NCBI GenBank assembly: GCA_900551525.1
Contig: URWD01000002.1
Coordinates: 1,152-65,151, forward strand
DNA: 64,000 bases
From: an uncultured Mycoplasmatota bacterium
GTDB taxonomy: Bacteria; Bacillota_I; Bacilli_A; RF39; UBA660
Reading direction: 5' to 3'
Shown here: in pieces, positions 8,495 to 17,420 of the stretch
How positions within the stretch are numbered: the first letter of the stretch is position 1
Layout of the letters: every line of letters starts with the position of its first letter
The notes under the pieces: model-generated
The model's database searches: none
What the model saw: only the letters and a program-made list of their open reading frames with translations
What the model was told of the DNA's origin: nothing
Program-made: the position numbers and the translations under genes

Positions 8495-11400
8495 AAAAAA
8501 ATTTGAAAATATTAATAATTTTATTAACAATTTTTATTGGTTTTGCTAGCGCTGATGTTAAAGCTAGAACCATTGAAGAAAAAGAACAATTTACAAAACA
8601 AGCTAGTGGAAAACATAGTATCAGTGGTTTGAGCATTTTTGATGGTACTACATTTGGTATGTGGAAATATTCATTTGTTGATACTTCCAGTGAAAATTTT
8701 GTGGGATACTGTATGGACCCACATAAAGACGCATCTAATGGATATAAAGTCGATCGTATTCTCGGAGATACAGCGTATACAAAAAGAATAAATGCTTTTG
8801 ACCTAGGTGTCCTAGAAATTATTAAAAATGGTAAAAACCAATATAATGATAGTTTAACCTTTACAGTTGATGGCAGTTCAAAAACAATTAGTGGAGATTC
8901 ACTTTATGCTGCAACAAGTATAGCGGTACGTGCTTTTGCTTTAGGTGTCTTTGGATATGGCGGAGATGTTGAAAGTGCTAAATCAAGTCTAGTTCCATAT
9001 TATACAGGTGTTGCATCAGCACATATAACTAGGGGAATTCAATGGGCATCATACAACATAGATAAAATAAATACAATAACTGATACAAAATGTACAGGTT
9101 CTGTTGAAGATTTCAGAAAATGTTATGAAAAAACTTTTATTAAAGGATTTTTAAAGAATAATTGGTATAAAAATAGTTATAATTTCAAAATAAGCAGCAG
9201 TAGCTCTGAAGGCTATTTAGTAATGTATGCGGCTCAAAGTTTATTTATGAAAGGTTTTAACAGAGCATATGAAGTAATAACTGGTGATGTAACGACTGCT
9301 ACAGTTACAGCAACTGCCAACCCTTCAACAACAGATAAAACAACAACAGATAATACTATTGAAGAATATTATCATCAAACAATAGAGTTTGCTCAATTTG
9401 ATGCTCAAGATGGAAAAATAGATAATTTTACATTAACATGTCAAGACTGTGCAAAAAATAATATAACTTTAGGAAATCTTGAATTTTTTAATCCACAAAT
9501 AAATGATTGGCAAGTTGTTTCAAATATTAACGTTTTAACAGCATTTGATGCTGATGGTAAAACAAAAAGTGGAAAAATAGAATTGAGATTTAAAGTTACT
9601 AGGATAAAAGATGATGAAAATTGCAAATCAGTAAATTATAAAATATCATATAGATACGATGACCCAAGTTTAAAATACATCGGAGCATTATTGAAAACTA
9701 GTGATACAAGTAAACAAAGATTCTTTATTATTCAAAAAAATGATGGAAATTTAAAAAGTGAAATAACTGGAACGATAAAATGTTCAGCTTCTTGTGATAC
9801 AGAATTAGAATTACCAGTATGTAGCTATGAAGAAGATGATGCTGTTGCAAAAATCAATGGTCCAACCAAGATTAAAACTTGTATAATAGATAACCAAGAT
9901 GATGCAGGTAACACATATCAATTTACATCAGATGTAGGTGGAGTTGACAATTCTTACTGTAAAATCTATTGTAAAGAAGATTATGCAGAAATTAAATTAA
10001 ACCCAATAGTTAAAAATGTAAAATGTGGTGGATATTTCAAATTAACAAGTAAAATAAATGGTACAAAAACTTGTTATACAGGAAGTCCAAATACAACAGA
10101 AAACTCAACAAATGGTAAAAACAGTATAGATAAAGAAAAGTATTTACAAGATATAATTGCTGCTCAAAATAAAATGATTGAAGGCAGAGATTGGATATTA
10201 AAGGCTGAAGCGGCTTGGAAAACTATTCATGAACATACTGTTTCTTGTAGTTGTAATGGTTCTTATGATTATAATCACTCTCATGGTTCATATGCAGGAA
10301 TTGAAGCTGGAACTCCAACTGCAGAAGGATATGTACCAATAAAAAATGCCACACATAGCTACAGCATCGGCGGTGGCGGTGCATGCAATGTTGATTGGGA
10401 TGAATGTCCAAATGCTAACGGAAATGGTACTCATCGTTGTTGCGGAAGTGCAAATCCTACAGATGGAGATAGTTATAGTGATGTTTCTAACAAAATTCAA
10501 TCTCAATATTACAACCACGGAAAACAATTAATAGAAGAAGGTTTCAGAGCTTATGAAAAGGCTTTGAGAGATTACAATGCTTGTACAACAGCATGGACAA
10601 ACGAATTTGCTTTTGCTCAAGAAGTAAGATATTATTATGATGAAAATCGTGGAAAAGATAATACAAACTATGCTCCATACTTTGATTTATTAACTGGTAA
10701 AGATGAATTACAAAAATTAGAAAAATATGGAAATGAAAAAGTTGATACAAAAATTACAGTATGCACTGGGGCAACAAATGACAAGTATGAATGCTTAAAT
10801 AAAAATAATGAAAAAACATTTGACTTATCAATAGATAGCAACAGAAAAGTTGATTATAATTATAATTCATCATATGGAAATGTCTTTGCAACAAAACCAT
10901 ATACAACTTGTACAGTAAATGGTTGCGAAACAAAGAACCCATACGTTTCACAAGCAGCGTTTATAAAAAAAGAAGTAACAAAAGAACAAAAATACATTAC
11001 ACCAACAGCTTTCTATCAAATAGCTGCTAACGGAAAAGTAATAGCTTACGACAATTATTCAATTGATAAGGTTCAACTAGAACCATTAGTTAATAAATTA
11101 CCAATATCAACAAGTTCAGTTGGTGGTGGAGTATTCAAACTACTAGTTGAAAATCTTGGTGAATTCTATGATAAAAAAGATACTTATGGTAGATTAATTG
11201 ATTACAATGGAGTTAATGAAACTAAGAGTGTAGCTTATGCAGTAGGTGTAAACGCATTTGATGGCGAATATGTATGCTACTATGAAAATACATGTAGACC
11301 AAAAGATTGTCCTAACTGTGACTTTGTTTGTGAAGGTGATGGATGTGAATGGAAAGACTGTCCTTCATGCAACATATCATGTGTTAACTGTATATTCAAC

Positions 11401-11937
11401 TTAGACGATTTAAATATAATAGTTAAAACAATTACTACAACAGATGTAAATGCAGCAAATAGAACACATGGTTATAACTGGATTACATCAAGTAGTATGG
11501 AAGCATTACAATTATTAACTAAAAAAGCTTCAATGACAATTAGTGAAATTGAAGAAATAAATGAAATGATATATGATGATAAGACAACAGATGGATCAAC
11601 ACTTGGATTTAGTATTAAATTAACACCTGAAATAATAAATAAAATTACAGCATATAACAAAGACAATGAAGATAATGGTGGTTATATAAATAACTCATTA
11701 ACATGTTATGATGCCACAATTGATGGTGAAACATATAAAAACATTTATTGTTATAGCGAACTAATTGACAAGTTAGTTACTGAAAATGGTGATAATGTTA
11801 CAGTACTTCCGAGTAGAGTAAATGATGAAGCAAGACGTGCTAATGACACTGGAACTAGTGGTTATTGGACATTATGGTCAAATTATAGAATAGATAAAAC
11901 AAGTGAATCCGTAATCGGCGGACCATCTTGGAAATAA
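8491..11937 (+). CDS. 1148-aa secreted cysteine-rich protein (candidate filament-associated adhesin; function unknown)
   Basis: ATG overlaps the upstream TGA, and the RBS is AGGAGAAG. It has the signal peptide MKKNLKILIILLTIFIGFASADVKA and about 37 Cys by my count. Ten of those Cys fall within 39 residues (nt 11275-11391), including a tandem KDCPxCxxxC repeat. It has no TM and no LPXTG. Confidence 0.7.
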   Translation: MKKNLKILIILLTIFIGFASADVKARTIEEKEQFTKQASGKHSISGLSIFDGTTFGMWKYSFVDTSSENFVGYCMDPHKDASNGYKVDRILGDTAYTKRINAFDLGVLEIIKNGKNQYNDSLTFTVDGSSKTISGDSLYAATSIAVRAFALGVFGYGGDVESAKSSLVPYYTGVASAHITRGIQWASYNIDKINTITDTKCTGSVEDFRKCYEKTFIKGFLKNNWYKNSYNFKISSSSSEGYLVMYAAQSLFMKGFNRAYEVITGDVTTATVTATANPSTTDKTTTDNTIEEYYHQTIEFAQFDAQDGKIDNFTLTCQDCAKNNITLGNLEFFNPQINDWQVVSNINVLTAFDADGKTKSGKIELRFKVTRIKDDENCKSVNYKISYRYDDPSLKYIGALLKTSDTSKQRFFIIQKNDGNLKSEITGTIKCSASCDTELELPVCSYEEDDAVAKINGPTKIKTCIIDNQDDAGNTYQFTSDVGGVDNSYCKIYCKEDYAEIKLNPIVKNVKCGGYFKLTSKINGTKTCYTGSPNTTENSTNGKNSIDKEKYLQDIIAAQNKMIEGRDWILKAEAAWKTIHEHTVSCSCNGSYDYNHSHGSYAGIEAGTPTAEGYVPIKNATHSYSIGGGGACNVDWDECPNANGNGTHRCCGSANPTDGDSYSDVSNKIQSQYYNHGKQLIEEGFRAYEKALRDYNACTTAWTNEFAFAQEVRYYYDENRGKDNTNYAPYFDLLTGKDELQKLEKYGNEKVDTKITVCTGATNDKYECLNKNNEKTFDLSIDSNRKVDYNYNSSYGNVFATKPYTTCTVNGCETKNPYVSQAAFIKKEVTKEQKYITPTAFYQIAANGKVIAYDNYSIDKVQLEPLVNKLPISTSSVGGGVFKLLVENLGEFYDKKDTYGRLIDYNGVNETKSVAYAVGVNAFDGEYVCYYENTCRPKDCPNCDFVCEGDGCEWKDCPSCNISCVNCIFNLDDLNIIVKTITTTDVNAANRTHGYNWITSSSMEALQLLTKKASMTISEIEEINEMIYDDKTTDGSTLGFSIKLTPEIINKITAYNKDNEDNGGYINNSLTCYDATIDGETYKNIYCYSELIDKLVTENGDNVTVLPSRVNDEARRANDTGTSGYWTLWSNYRIDKTSESVIGGPSWK

Positions 11938-11948
11938 GGGGTGACTAA

Positions 11949-12362
11949 ATGAAGAATGCATTCTGGGCATACTGGTTGATACTATTAGGTATAGTAATCG
12001 TAGTAATAATGCTACTTGTTCAAAATCTTACAACAAGTAGCACTCAAGATTACTATCTAATTAAAGAAATAACTGAAGCATCTATGATTGATGCAGTAGA
12101 TTATTCTTATTATAGAACCTATGGTGAAGTAAAAATAAACAAAGAAAAATTTTATGAAAGTTTTATACGTCGTTTTTCAGAAAATGCCGCATTAAACACA
12201 ACTTACACAGTAAGCTTTTATGGAGTTTATGAAGCTCCCCCAAAAGCTAGTGTAGAAATTAAAAGTAAATCTAATACATTCAATGTTGTAGGTGATTCAA
12301 CTACATTTGATATGGTAGAAAGAATAGATGCAATACTTGAAGGTAATACACTTGATGAATAA
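11949..12362 (+). CDS. N-terminally anchored small protein, possibly pseudopilin-like
   Basis: RBS GGGGTG precedes the start. FWAYWLILLGIVIVVIMLLV is a TM, followed by a ~100-aa extracytoplasmic domain. Confidence 0.45.
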   Translation: MKNAFWAYWLILLGIVIVVIMLLVQNLTTSSTQDYYLIKEITEASMIDAVDYSYYRTYGEVKINKEKFYESFIRRFSENAALNTTYTVSFYGVYEAPPKASVEIKSKSNTFNVVGDSTTFDMVERIDAILEGNTLDE

Positions 12363-12379
12363 CATAAGGAGGAATAAAA

Positions 12380-13150
12380 ATGGGTGGTAAGAAAAATGTA
12401 TTTACAAAGTTTTTAACAAATAAAACAACAGTTACGTTAGTAGGTATTGTTCTAGGACTAGGAGTTTTAGTGGGATTTTACATATATCGTGTTAATAAAC
12501 AAGTAAATCCCACCCGTATTCCTGTTGCTAAAAGAGCTATAAGTGCTACTGAAGAAATAACAAAAGATGACATCGAATATGTCAAAGTTAGTAAAAGTTT
12601 CTTAAAAAAAAGAGATGTTTATCAATCAGTAACAAATTTAGTTGGTAAATATGTTTCAACTGGAACATCTATTCCTAAGGGAGGAATGTTCTATACAGCT
12701 CAAGTTGTTGAAAAAAAGGAATTACCAAATGCTATATTTGATGAAATACCTGAAGGATATACAATCTATCAATTAAAAGTAGATAATAATACAACATATG
12801 CTAATTCAATATATCCTGGTGATAAAATAGATTTATGGCTTAAAACAACTGAAAATGGTATTTTAGTTTTTGGTGAATTTATATCAAATATTGAGGTCTT
12901 AGCAGTTCGTGATAATGCTGGTCAAAATGTTTTTGATGTTACAAGTGGAAGAACTCCAGCATGGTTATTATTTGCTGTAAAGACTGATTTATATCGTTAT
13001 TTAAAACTAGCTGAAAGCATATCTGGGATGACTATTATTCCGGTTCCAAAAAATAATTTGGCAAATCCAGATGTTGGGTCAACTGAATATACAAGTCAAG
13101 AACTTATAGATATTCTAGATAGACAAACTCTTAGAATGGAGGCCCAATAA
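12380..13150 (+). CDS. cpaB: Flp pilus assembly protein CpaB-like (SAF domain), paralog 1
   Basis: RBS AAGGAGG precedes the start. It has an N-terminal TM, the SAF-like segment IPVAKRAISATEEITKDDIEYVKV, and a C-terminal beta-rich RcpC/CpaB-like part. Confidence 0.6.
   Translation: MGGKKNVFTKFLTNKTTVTLVGIVLGLGVLVGFYIYRVNKQVNPTRIPVAKRAISATEEITKDDIEYVKVSKSFLKKRDVYQSVTNLVGKYVSTGTSIPKGGMFYTAQVVEKKELPNAIFDEIPEGYTIYQLKVDNNTTYANSIYPGDKIDLWLKTTENGILVFGEFISNIEVLAVRDNAGQNVFDVTSGRTPAWLLFAVKTDLYRYLKLAESISGMTIIPVPKNNLANPDVGSTEYTSQELIDILDRQTLRMEAQ
12792..12846. repeat. 55-nt patch nearly identical (54/55) to 13562-13616
   Basis: CAACATATGCTAAtTCAATATATCCTGGTGATAAAATAGATTTATGGCTTAAAAC, with a single t/c difference at 12805/13575. 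The flanking paralog sequence is clearly diverged. Confidence 0.9.
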
Positions 13151-13959
13151 TGAATAATATCTTAGCAAAAATTAAAAATTTATTTCTTAATAGAAATACT
13201 GTTACAATATTGGGCGTTATAGCTGGTGTTATAGCATTATGGTTTGCTTATAGTATAACTTTAGACAAAGCTGTAAAACCTCAAAAAGTGCCAGTTGCAG
13301 CCAAAGATTTAACTGCAGGAACAATTATAACAAAAGAAGATATTGAATATGTTGAAGTAAATTCTGATGTATTAAAAAAGGCAAGTGTAGTAACTAGTTC
13401 TTCACAACTTATTGGTTATTATGTAACAAATAATACATCAGTAGTTCGTGGTTCAATGTTTTACAAAAGTCAAGTTGTAACAAAAGATAAATTAATTGAA
13501 AGAGATTTGGAAACAGTCCCAGAAGGTTATAGACTTTACTGGCTAAAAGTAGACAATGCTTCAACATATGCTAACTCAATATATCCTGGTGATAAAATAG
13601 ATTTATGGCTTAAAACTAAGAATGAAGGCAAATATGTATACGAAGAATTTATAACAAATATTGAAGTTCTTAGTGTTAAAGATTCAAAAGGACAAAATGT
13701 TTTTGATGTATCAAGCGGAAGAACTCCAGCAGTACTTGTATTTGCAGTAACAGATGAAATGTTCTCATATTTAAGTAAAATAGGTTATTTAAGTGGTATG
13801 GATTTATATCCAGTTCCAATTAATAAAAAGAATTCAGATAAAGATGCTACTACAGAAATAACAAATGATGCTTTAAGAACATTAATCGATAGCCAAGCTA
13901 GAAATGTTACACCAGATACAAATGAATCAAATAATGATAATAATACAAATAATGAATAA
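13150..13959 (+). CDS. cpaB: Flp pilus assembly protein CpaB-like (SAF domain), paralog 2
   Basis: The start overlaps the upstream stop (TAATG). The architecture matches 12380-13150: VPVAAKDLTAGTIITKEDIEYVEV, and it shares the block YANSIYPGDKIDLWLKT. Confidence 0.6.
   Translation: MNNILAKIKNLFLNRNTVTILGVIAGVIALWFAYSITLDKAVKPQKVPVAAKDLTAGTIITKEDIEYVEVNSDVLKKASVVTSSSQLIGYYVTNNTSVVRGSMFYKSQVVTKDKLIERDLETVPEGYRLYWLKVDNASTYANSIYPGDKIDLWLKTKNEGKYVYEEFITNIEVLSVKDSKGQNVFDVSSGRTPAVLVFAVTDEMFSYLSKIGYLSGMDLYPVPINKKNSDKDATTEITNDALRTLIDSQARNVTPDTNESNNDNNTNNE
13562..13616. repeat. Second copy of the 55-nt conserved patch (see 12792-12846)
   Basis: Direct comparison of the two stretches gives an offset of exactly 770 nt. 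Confidence 0.9.
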
Positions 13960-13965
13960 AAGAGG

Positions 13966-15072
13966 GTGTTACTAGTGAATGATGCTGTATTTTCACAAAT
14001 AGATTTTGGACCTTTAAAAGAGTTTTTAGAAGAAGATAACATAACTGACGTATCATATTCTAATGGTGGTCAAGTTTGGCTAAAAACTCTTGATAAAGGT
14101 ATATATAGGGTTGAAAGACCAGAAATAAATAATGCTTTAATGGAAAAGCTAGCTTTTCAATGTTCAAATGTTATGGGTAAAACATTTAATATGGCCCATC
14201 CATTTTTGGATGCTGAATCTGCAGAACTTCGTTTAAACTTTGTTCATGAATCTATAGCCACAAATGGTATTTGTTGCGTTATAAGAAAGACGCCTGCCAA
14301 AATCCGTCTAAACAAAGATAAACTGATAAATGAAAAATATGTAACAGAGGATTTACATGACTTTTTAATGACTTGTGTTGAAGGACACTGTAATATTATT
14401 GTAAGTGGGGAAACTGGATCAGGTAAAACAGAACTTGTTAAATACTTAGCCGCTCATACAAAAGAAAATGAAAAAATAATAACAATTGAAGATACTCTAG
14501 AACTTCACTTAGATAAAATATTTCCACATCGTGATATTGTTGCTATGAAAACAAATAATATTGCATCTTACTCAGATGTACTAGTAACATGTATGCGACA
14601 AAACCCAAGATGGATTTTACTATCCGAAGTTCGTTCAGCAGAAGCAGTTACAGCAGTACGTAACTCAATATCATCTGGACACAACATTATATCAACAATT
14701 CACTCAGATAGAGCTTTAAACATACCAATGCGTTTATATAGTTTGCTAGAAAACAGTCAAGATATAGACCAATTCTTAAAGTCAATTCACAGATATGTTC
14801 AAATTGGTGTTCATGTTAAAGGTTACATGAGTAAAGAATTAGGTAGATTCCAACGTGAAATAATCGAAGTCGTAGAATTTTATGTTGATGAAAATAACGA
14901 AGCAAAATCCAATATTATCTTTAAAAAAAGTTTAGATGGCAAGTTCAGTTTTAATAACCCAAGTAAATATTTAATTGACTATTTAGGTGTTCAAGGTGTA
15001 ACATTAAAACCAGATTATTTTGTCAAATCAAAAAATGACACAAATTCAGAAGCTGAAATAGAAAGCTTATAA
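13966..15072 (+). CDS. cpaF: CpaF/TadA-type (VirB11-like) type II/IV secretion ATPase
   Basis: It has Walker A VSGETGSGKTE, Walker B / Asp box RWILLSEVR and His box SGHNIISTIHS, at ~365 aa. The start is GTG 13966 or in-frame GTG 13975; the RBS AAGAGGG at 13960-13966 overlaps GTG 13966, so it favours 13975. Confidence 0.85.
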   Translation: MLLVNDAVFSQIDFGPLKEFLEEDNITDVSYSNGGQVWLKTLDKGIYRVERPEINNALMEKLAFQCSNVMGKTFNMAHPFLDAESAELRLNFVHESIATNGICCVIRKTPAKIRLNKDKLINEKYVTEDLHDFLMTCVEGHCNIIVSGETGSGKTELVKYLAAHTKENEKIITIEDTLELHLDKIFPHRDIVAMKTNNIASYSDVLVTCMRQNPRWILLSEVRSAEAVTAVRNSISSGHNIISTIHSDRALNIPMRLYSLLENSQDIDQFLKSIHRYVQIGVHVKGYMSKELGRFQREIIEVVEFYVDENNEAKSNIIFKKSLDGKFSFNNPSKYLIDYLGVQGVTLKPDYFVKSKNDTNSEAEIESL

Positions 15073-15090
15073 CAGAAAGGAGCGTTTAAT

Positions 15091-16014
15091 ATGTTTACAG
15101 TTAATTTAACAAGTTATTTACCAGAATTGTTAATACTATTAGCAATTGCTACAGTGGTTTTAATAGCTCGTCGAAATCCTGGTGAAAACGTATATAAATA
15201 TGTAACAAATAAAGCAACTGATATGTATGATAAATACGCTCCATACTCATTTAAAATGGTAAGAGAAAAAGCAGTTGAATTAGGACAAGAATATACTCCA
15301 AGACAATATTTAACACAAGTTATAATTCTTGGTGGTATAGCAGCTTTAGTAGGATATTTTTACTTTTATAGTATTGTCATTGCTGTAATATATGCAATTG
15401 TAGCCATAGCATTTATACCATATCTTGCTTATTTAAGACTACAAAGAGTGTATAGTGAATATATATTTGAACAAATACAAACATATACAACAAATGTTAT
15501 AATGGAATTTAATACAACTCAAAGTTTTGTTAAAGCTCTTGAAGGTGTTAGAGATTCAGGGATTCTTGAAGAACCAGTTGTTAGTGATGTCAAAAAGATG
15601 ATTGAAATGTCATATCAAAATGGTACCATAGATGAATCAATAACTTATTTTAATAGCAAATACCCATTTTACATGGTAAAAAATATGCATCAATTATTCC
15701 TACAAATAACCAAAGAAGGTGCCAGAGATTCAGGACAAGCATTAGAAAATATGTCACTTGATATTGATGCCTTAGTAGAAGGTGTATATCGTGACCAAAT
15801 GGACAGAAATAATTTCCATGGCAGATTCCTAAGATTCGGTTTAATTTTATATTTACTCGTTATAGTTTTAAGATTCATGTTAGGTGAAGACAATTATATT
15901 AAATTACTAGATATATGGTATGTACAAATTATTTTACATGCTATTGTCATTATAAATGCTTTCTTTATGTTAAGTGGAGAAAAATACTATAATGAAGATG
16001 TAGGAGGAGAATAA
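15091..16014 (+). CDS. tadB: TadB-like platform protein (T2SS-F family)
   Basis: RBS AAAGGAG precedes the start. It is polytopic, with an N-terminal TM, a central TM pair and a C-terminal TM pair. The cytoplasmic helical domain is TTNVIMEFNTTQSFVKALEGV..., and the gene sits directly after the ATPase. Confidence 0.6.
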   Translation: MFTVNLTSYLPELLILLAIATVVLIARRNPGENVYKYVTNKATDMYDKYAPYSFKMVREKAVELGQEYTPRQYLTQVIILGGIAALVGYFYFYSIVIAVIYAIVAIAFIPYLAYLRLQRVYSEYIFEQIQTYTTNVIMEFNTTQSFVKALEGVRDSGILEEPVVSDVKKMIEMSYQNGTIDESITYFNSKYPFYMVKNMHQLFLQITKEGARDSGQALENMSLDIDALVEGVYRDQMDRNNFHGRFLRFGLILYLLVIVLRFMLGEDNYIKLLDIWYVQIILHAIVIINAFFMLSGEKYYNEDVGGE

Positions 16015-16802
16015 TGCAAATAGAAGTTATTATTGTCGCTGTAATCGTATTTGGTATAATGACTATAACTGGTCAAATAAGTATTAATCAGCTTATAAGT
16101 GATAATCAAATGCTTTTTATGAAGTTAAAAGAAAAAGATTGGGATTTTCTAGTCAGAGCCAAGTATGGAAATAATGTTAATCCAGACATTCTCTTTAATA
16201 AAAGAATAAAAAATGCTCTAATTACTATGGCTATAGCATTTGCCTTTTTAATCAAAGATTTAAATGCTGTTAAAGTATTATTAATATTTGTTCTAGGAGT
16301 GTTTATCTTTAAAACATCTTATAATGATATAAAAAAATATTATCAACGACATATGTCTGAAATAGACTCGATGTTACCACATTATTTAAAAAACCTAGAA
16401 ATATTAATTCAACATTATACTGTACCAGTTGCTATTGGTAAATCAATGGCTGAATCACCAGAAATATTTAAAGATGGATTACAAGAAATGATTGACTCTA
16501 TAAATTCTGGGGATGATACGATCGAACCATATATGGAATTTGCTAGAAAGTATCCAGTACGTGATTCAATGCGTATGATGCGTTTATTATATCGTCTAAG
16601 TTTAGGACGTCAAGAAAGAAAACAAGAACAAATACTAACATTTTCAAGATCAATATCTTCACTTCAACAAAAAGCTCGTGAAACAAGATACAAAAATAGA
16701 CTAGAAAAAATGGAAGGCAAAACCATGAGTATGCTTATAACAACTGGGGTAGGATTAATGATATTACTAGTTTTAGCTGTTATACAACTTATGGACATAT
16801 AA
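16014..16802 (+). CDS. tadC: TadC-like platform protein (T2SS-F family)
   Basis: TAATG overlap with the upstream gene. It has LPHYLKNLEILIQHYTVPVAIGKSMAESPEIFKDGLQEMIDSINSGDDTIEPYMEFARKYP and a C-terminal TM, typical of GspF/TadC domains. Confidence 0.65.
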   Translation: MQIEVIIVAVIVFGIMTITGQISINQLISDNQMLFMKLKEKDWDFLVRAKYGNNVNPDILFNKRIKNALITMAIAFAFLIKDLNAVKVLLIFVLGVFIFKTSYNDIKKYYQRHMSEIDSMLPHYLKNLEILIQHYTVPVAIGKSMAESPEIFKDGLQEMIDSINSGDDTIEPYMEFARKYPVRDSMRMMRLLYRLSLGRQERKQEQILTFSRSISSLQQKARETRYKNRLEKMEGKTMSMLITTGVGLMILLVLAVIQLMDI

Positions 16803-16826
16803 ATTTACAAAAAGTTTAAAATATAA

Positions 16827-16855
16827 TTGATATTTTAAGGAAATTAAGTTATAAT
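16827..16855 (+). promoter_or_regulatory. Internal sigma-A-type promoter in front of the pilin genes
   Basis: TTGATA (16827-16832), a 17-nt spacer, then TATAAT (16850-16855). A strong RBS GGAGG (16871-16875) follows. Confidence 0.55.
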
Positions 16856-16882
16856 AAAAATATATTAAAAGGAGGATAACAA

Positions 16883-17128
16883 ATGAAAGAAGCTACTGGA
16901 GAATTAAATATGACTGTAGTTACTGTAGTTGCAATTGCTGCTGTTGGTGCTTTCTTCTATTTCTTTATCTGGCCTGGTATTCAAGCTGGACTTTCAAGAA
17001 ATACTTGCCTAAATCTATGTCCAGGCGGAGAATTGGACACAGCCCAAGGACGTGGTGGTGTAGATGTTAATAACAGAACTTGTTTTTGTGCAGATGGAAC
17101 ACAAATAGATTTTGGCGACGAAGAATAA
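16883..17128 (+). CDS. Small Flp-sized pilin candidate 1 (81 aa, 4 Cys in the head)
   Basis: The layout is a short polar leader MKEATGELNMT, a ~22-aa hydrophobic helix VVTVVAIAAVGAFFYFFIWPGI, and a small Cys-containing C-terminal part. It sits in a Tad-like operon. Confidence 0.5.
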   Translation: MKEATGELNMTVVTVVAIAAVGAFFYFFIWPGIQAGLSRNTCLNLCPGGELDTAQGRGGVDVNNRTCFCADGTQIDFGDEE

Positions 17129-17150
17129 GACAAAACATAAGAGGTGAAAA

Positions 17151-17411
17151 ATGAAAGAGGCTACAGGAGAATTAAATATGACGATAATAGTTTCTATATC
17201 GATCGGTATCTTGGCAGCCTTTTTTTTCGGCTTTTTATGGCCAATGATTAATGGAAATTTTCAAAAAAATTCACAATGTAGCAAAGCTATATGTGATTGT
17301 AGTACTGAAGTAAGAAATACAATAGAAAACGAAACTGGTCAAAAAAATCATTGTTTATGCAGAAATAGTGCAACAGATGAAAACACTTTTTATTGCCCAT
17401 TCAAAGGTTAG
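17151..17411 (+). CDS. Small Flp-sized pilin candidate 2 (86 aa, 6 Cys in the head)
   Basis: RBS AGAGGTGA precedes the start. The leader MKEATGELNMT is identical to pilin 1 at the protein level and nearly so at the DNA level. A hydrophobic helix follows, then a divergent Cys-rich head. Confidence 0.5.
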   Translation: MKEATGELNMTIIVSISIGILAAFFFGFLWPMINGNFQKNSQCSKAICDCSTEVRNTIENETGQKNHCLCRNSATDENTFYCPFKG

Positions 17412-17420
17412 GAGGAAATT

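Noticed and set aside
8680-9080. VGYCMDPHKD motif in the giant protein, considered as a thioester (TED / TQxA) adhesin domain
   Set aside because: The Cys context resembles the TED YCxxxxxxP motif, but I find no TQxA(I/V)W. The nearest strings are ATSIAVR and GIQWAS, so the thioester Gln partner is not supported.
10223-10531. Three short ORFs on both strands inside the 1148-aa gene
   Set aside because: They are embedded in a long, continuous, well-supported frame with no independent signals.
17220-17227. T8 homopolymer inside the second pilin gene, considered as a phase-variation switch
   Set aside because: Runs of 7-9 A/T occur throughout this AT-rich window, including in housekeeping genes. 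It is too short and too common to single out.
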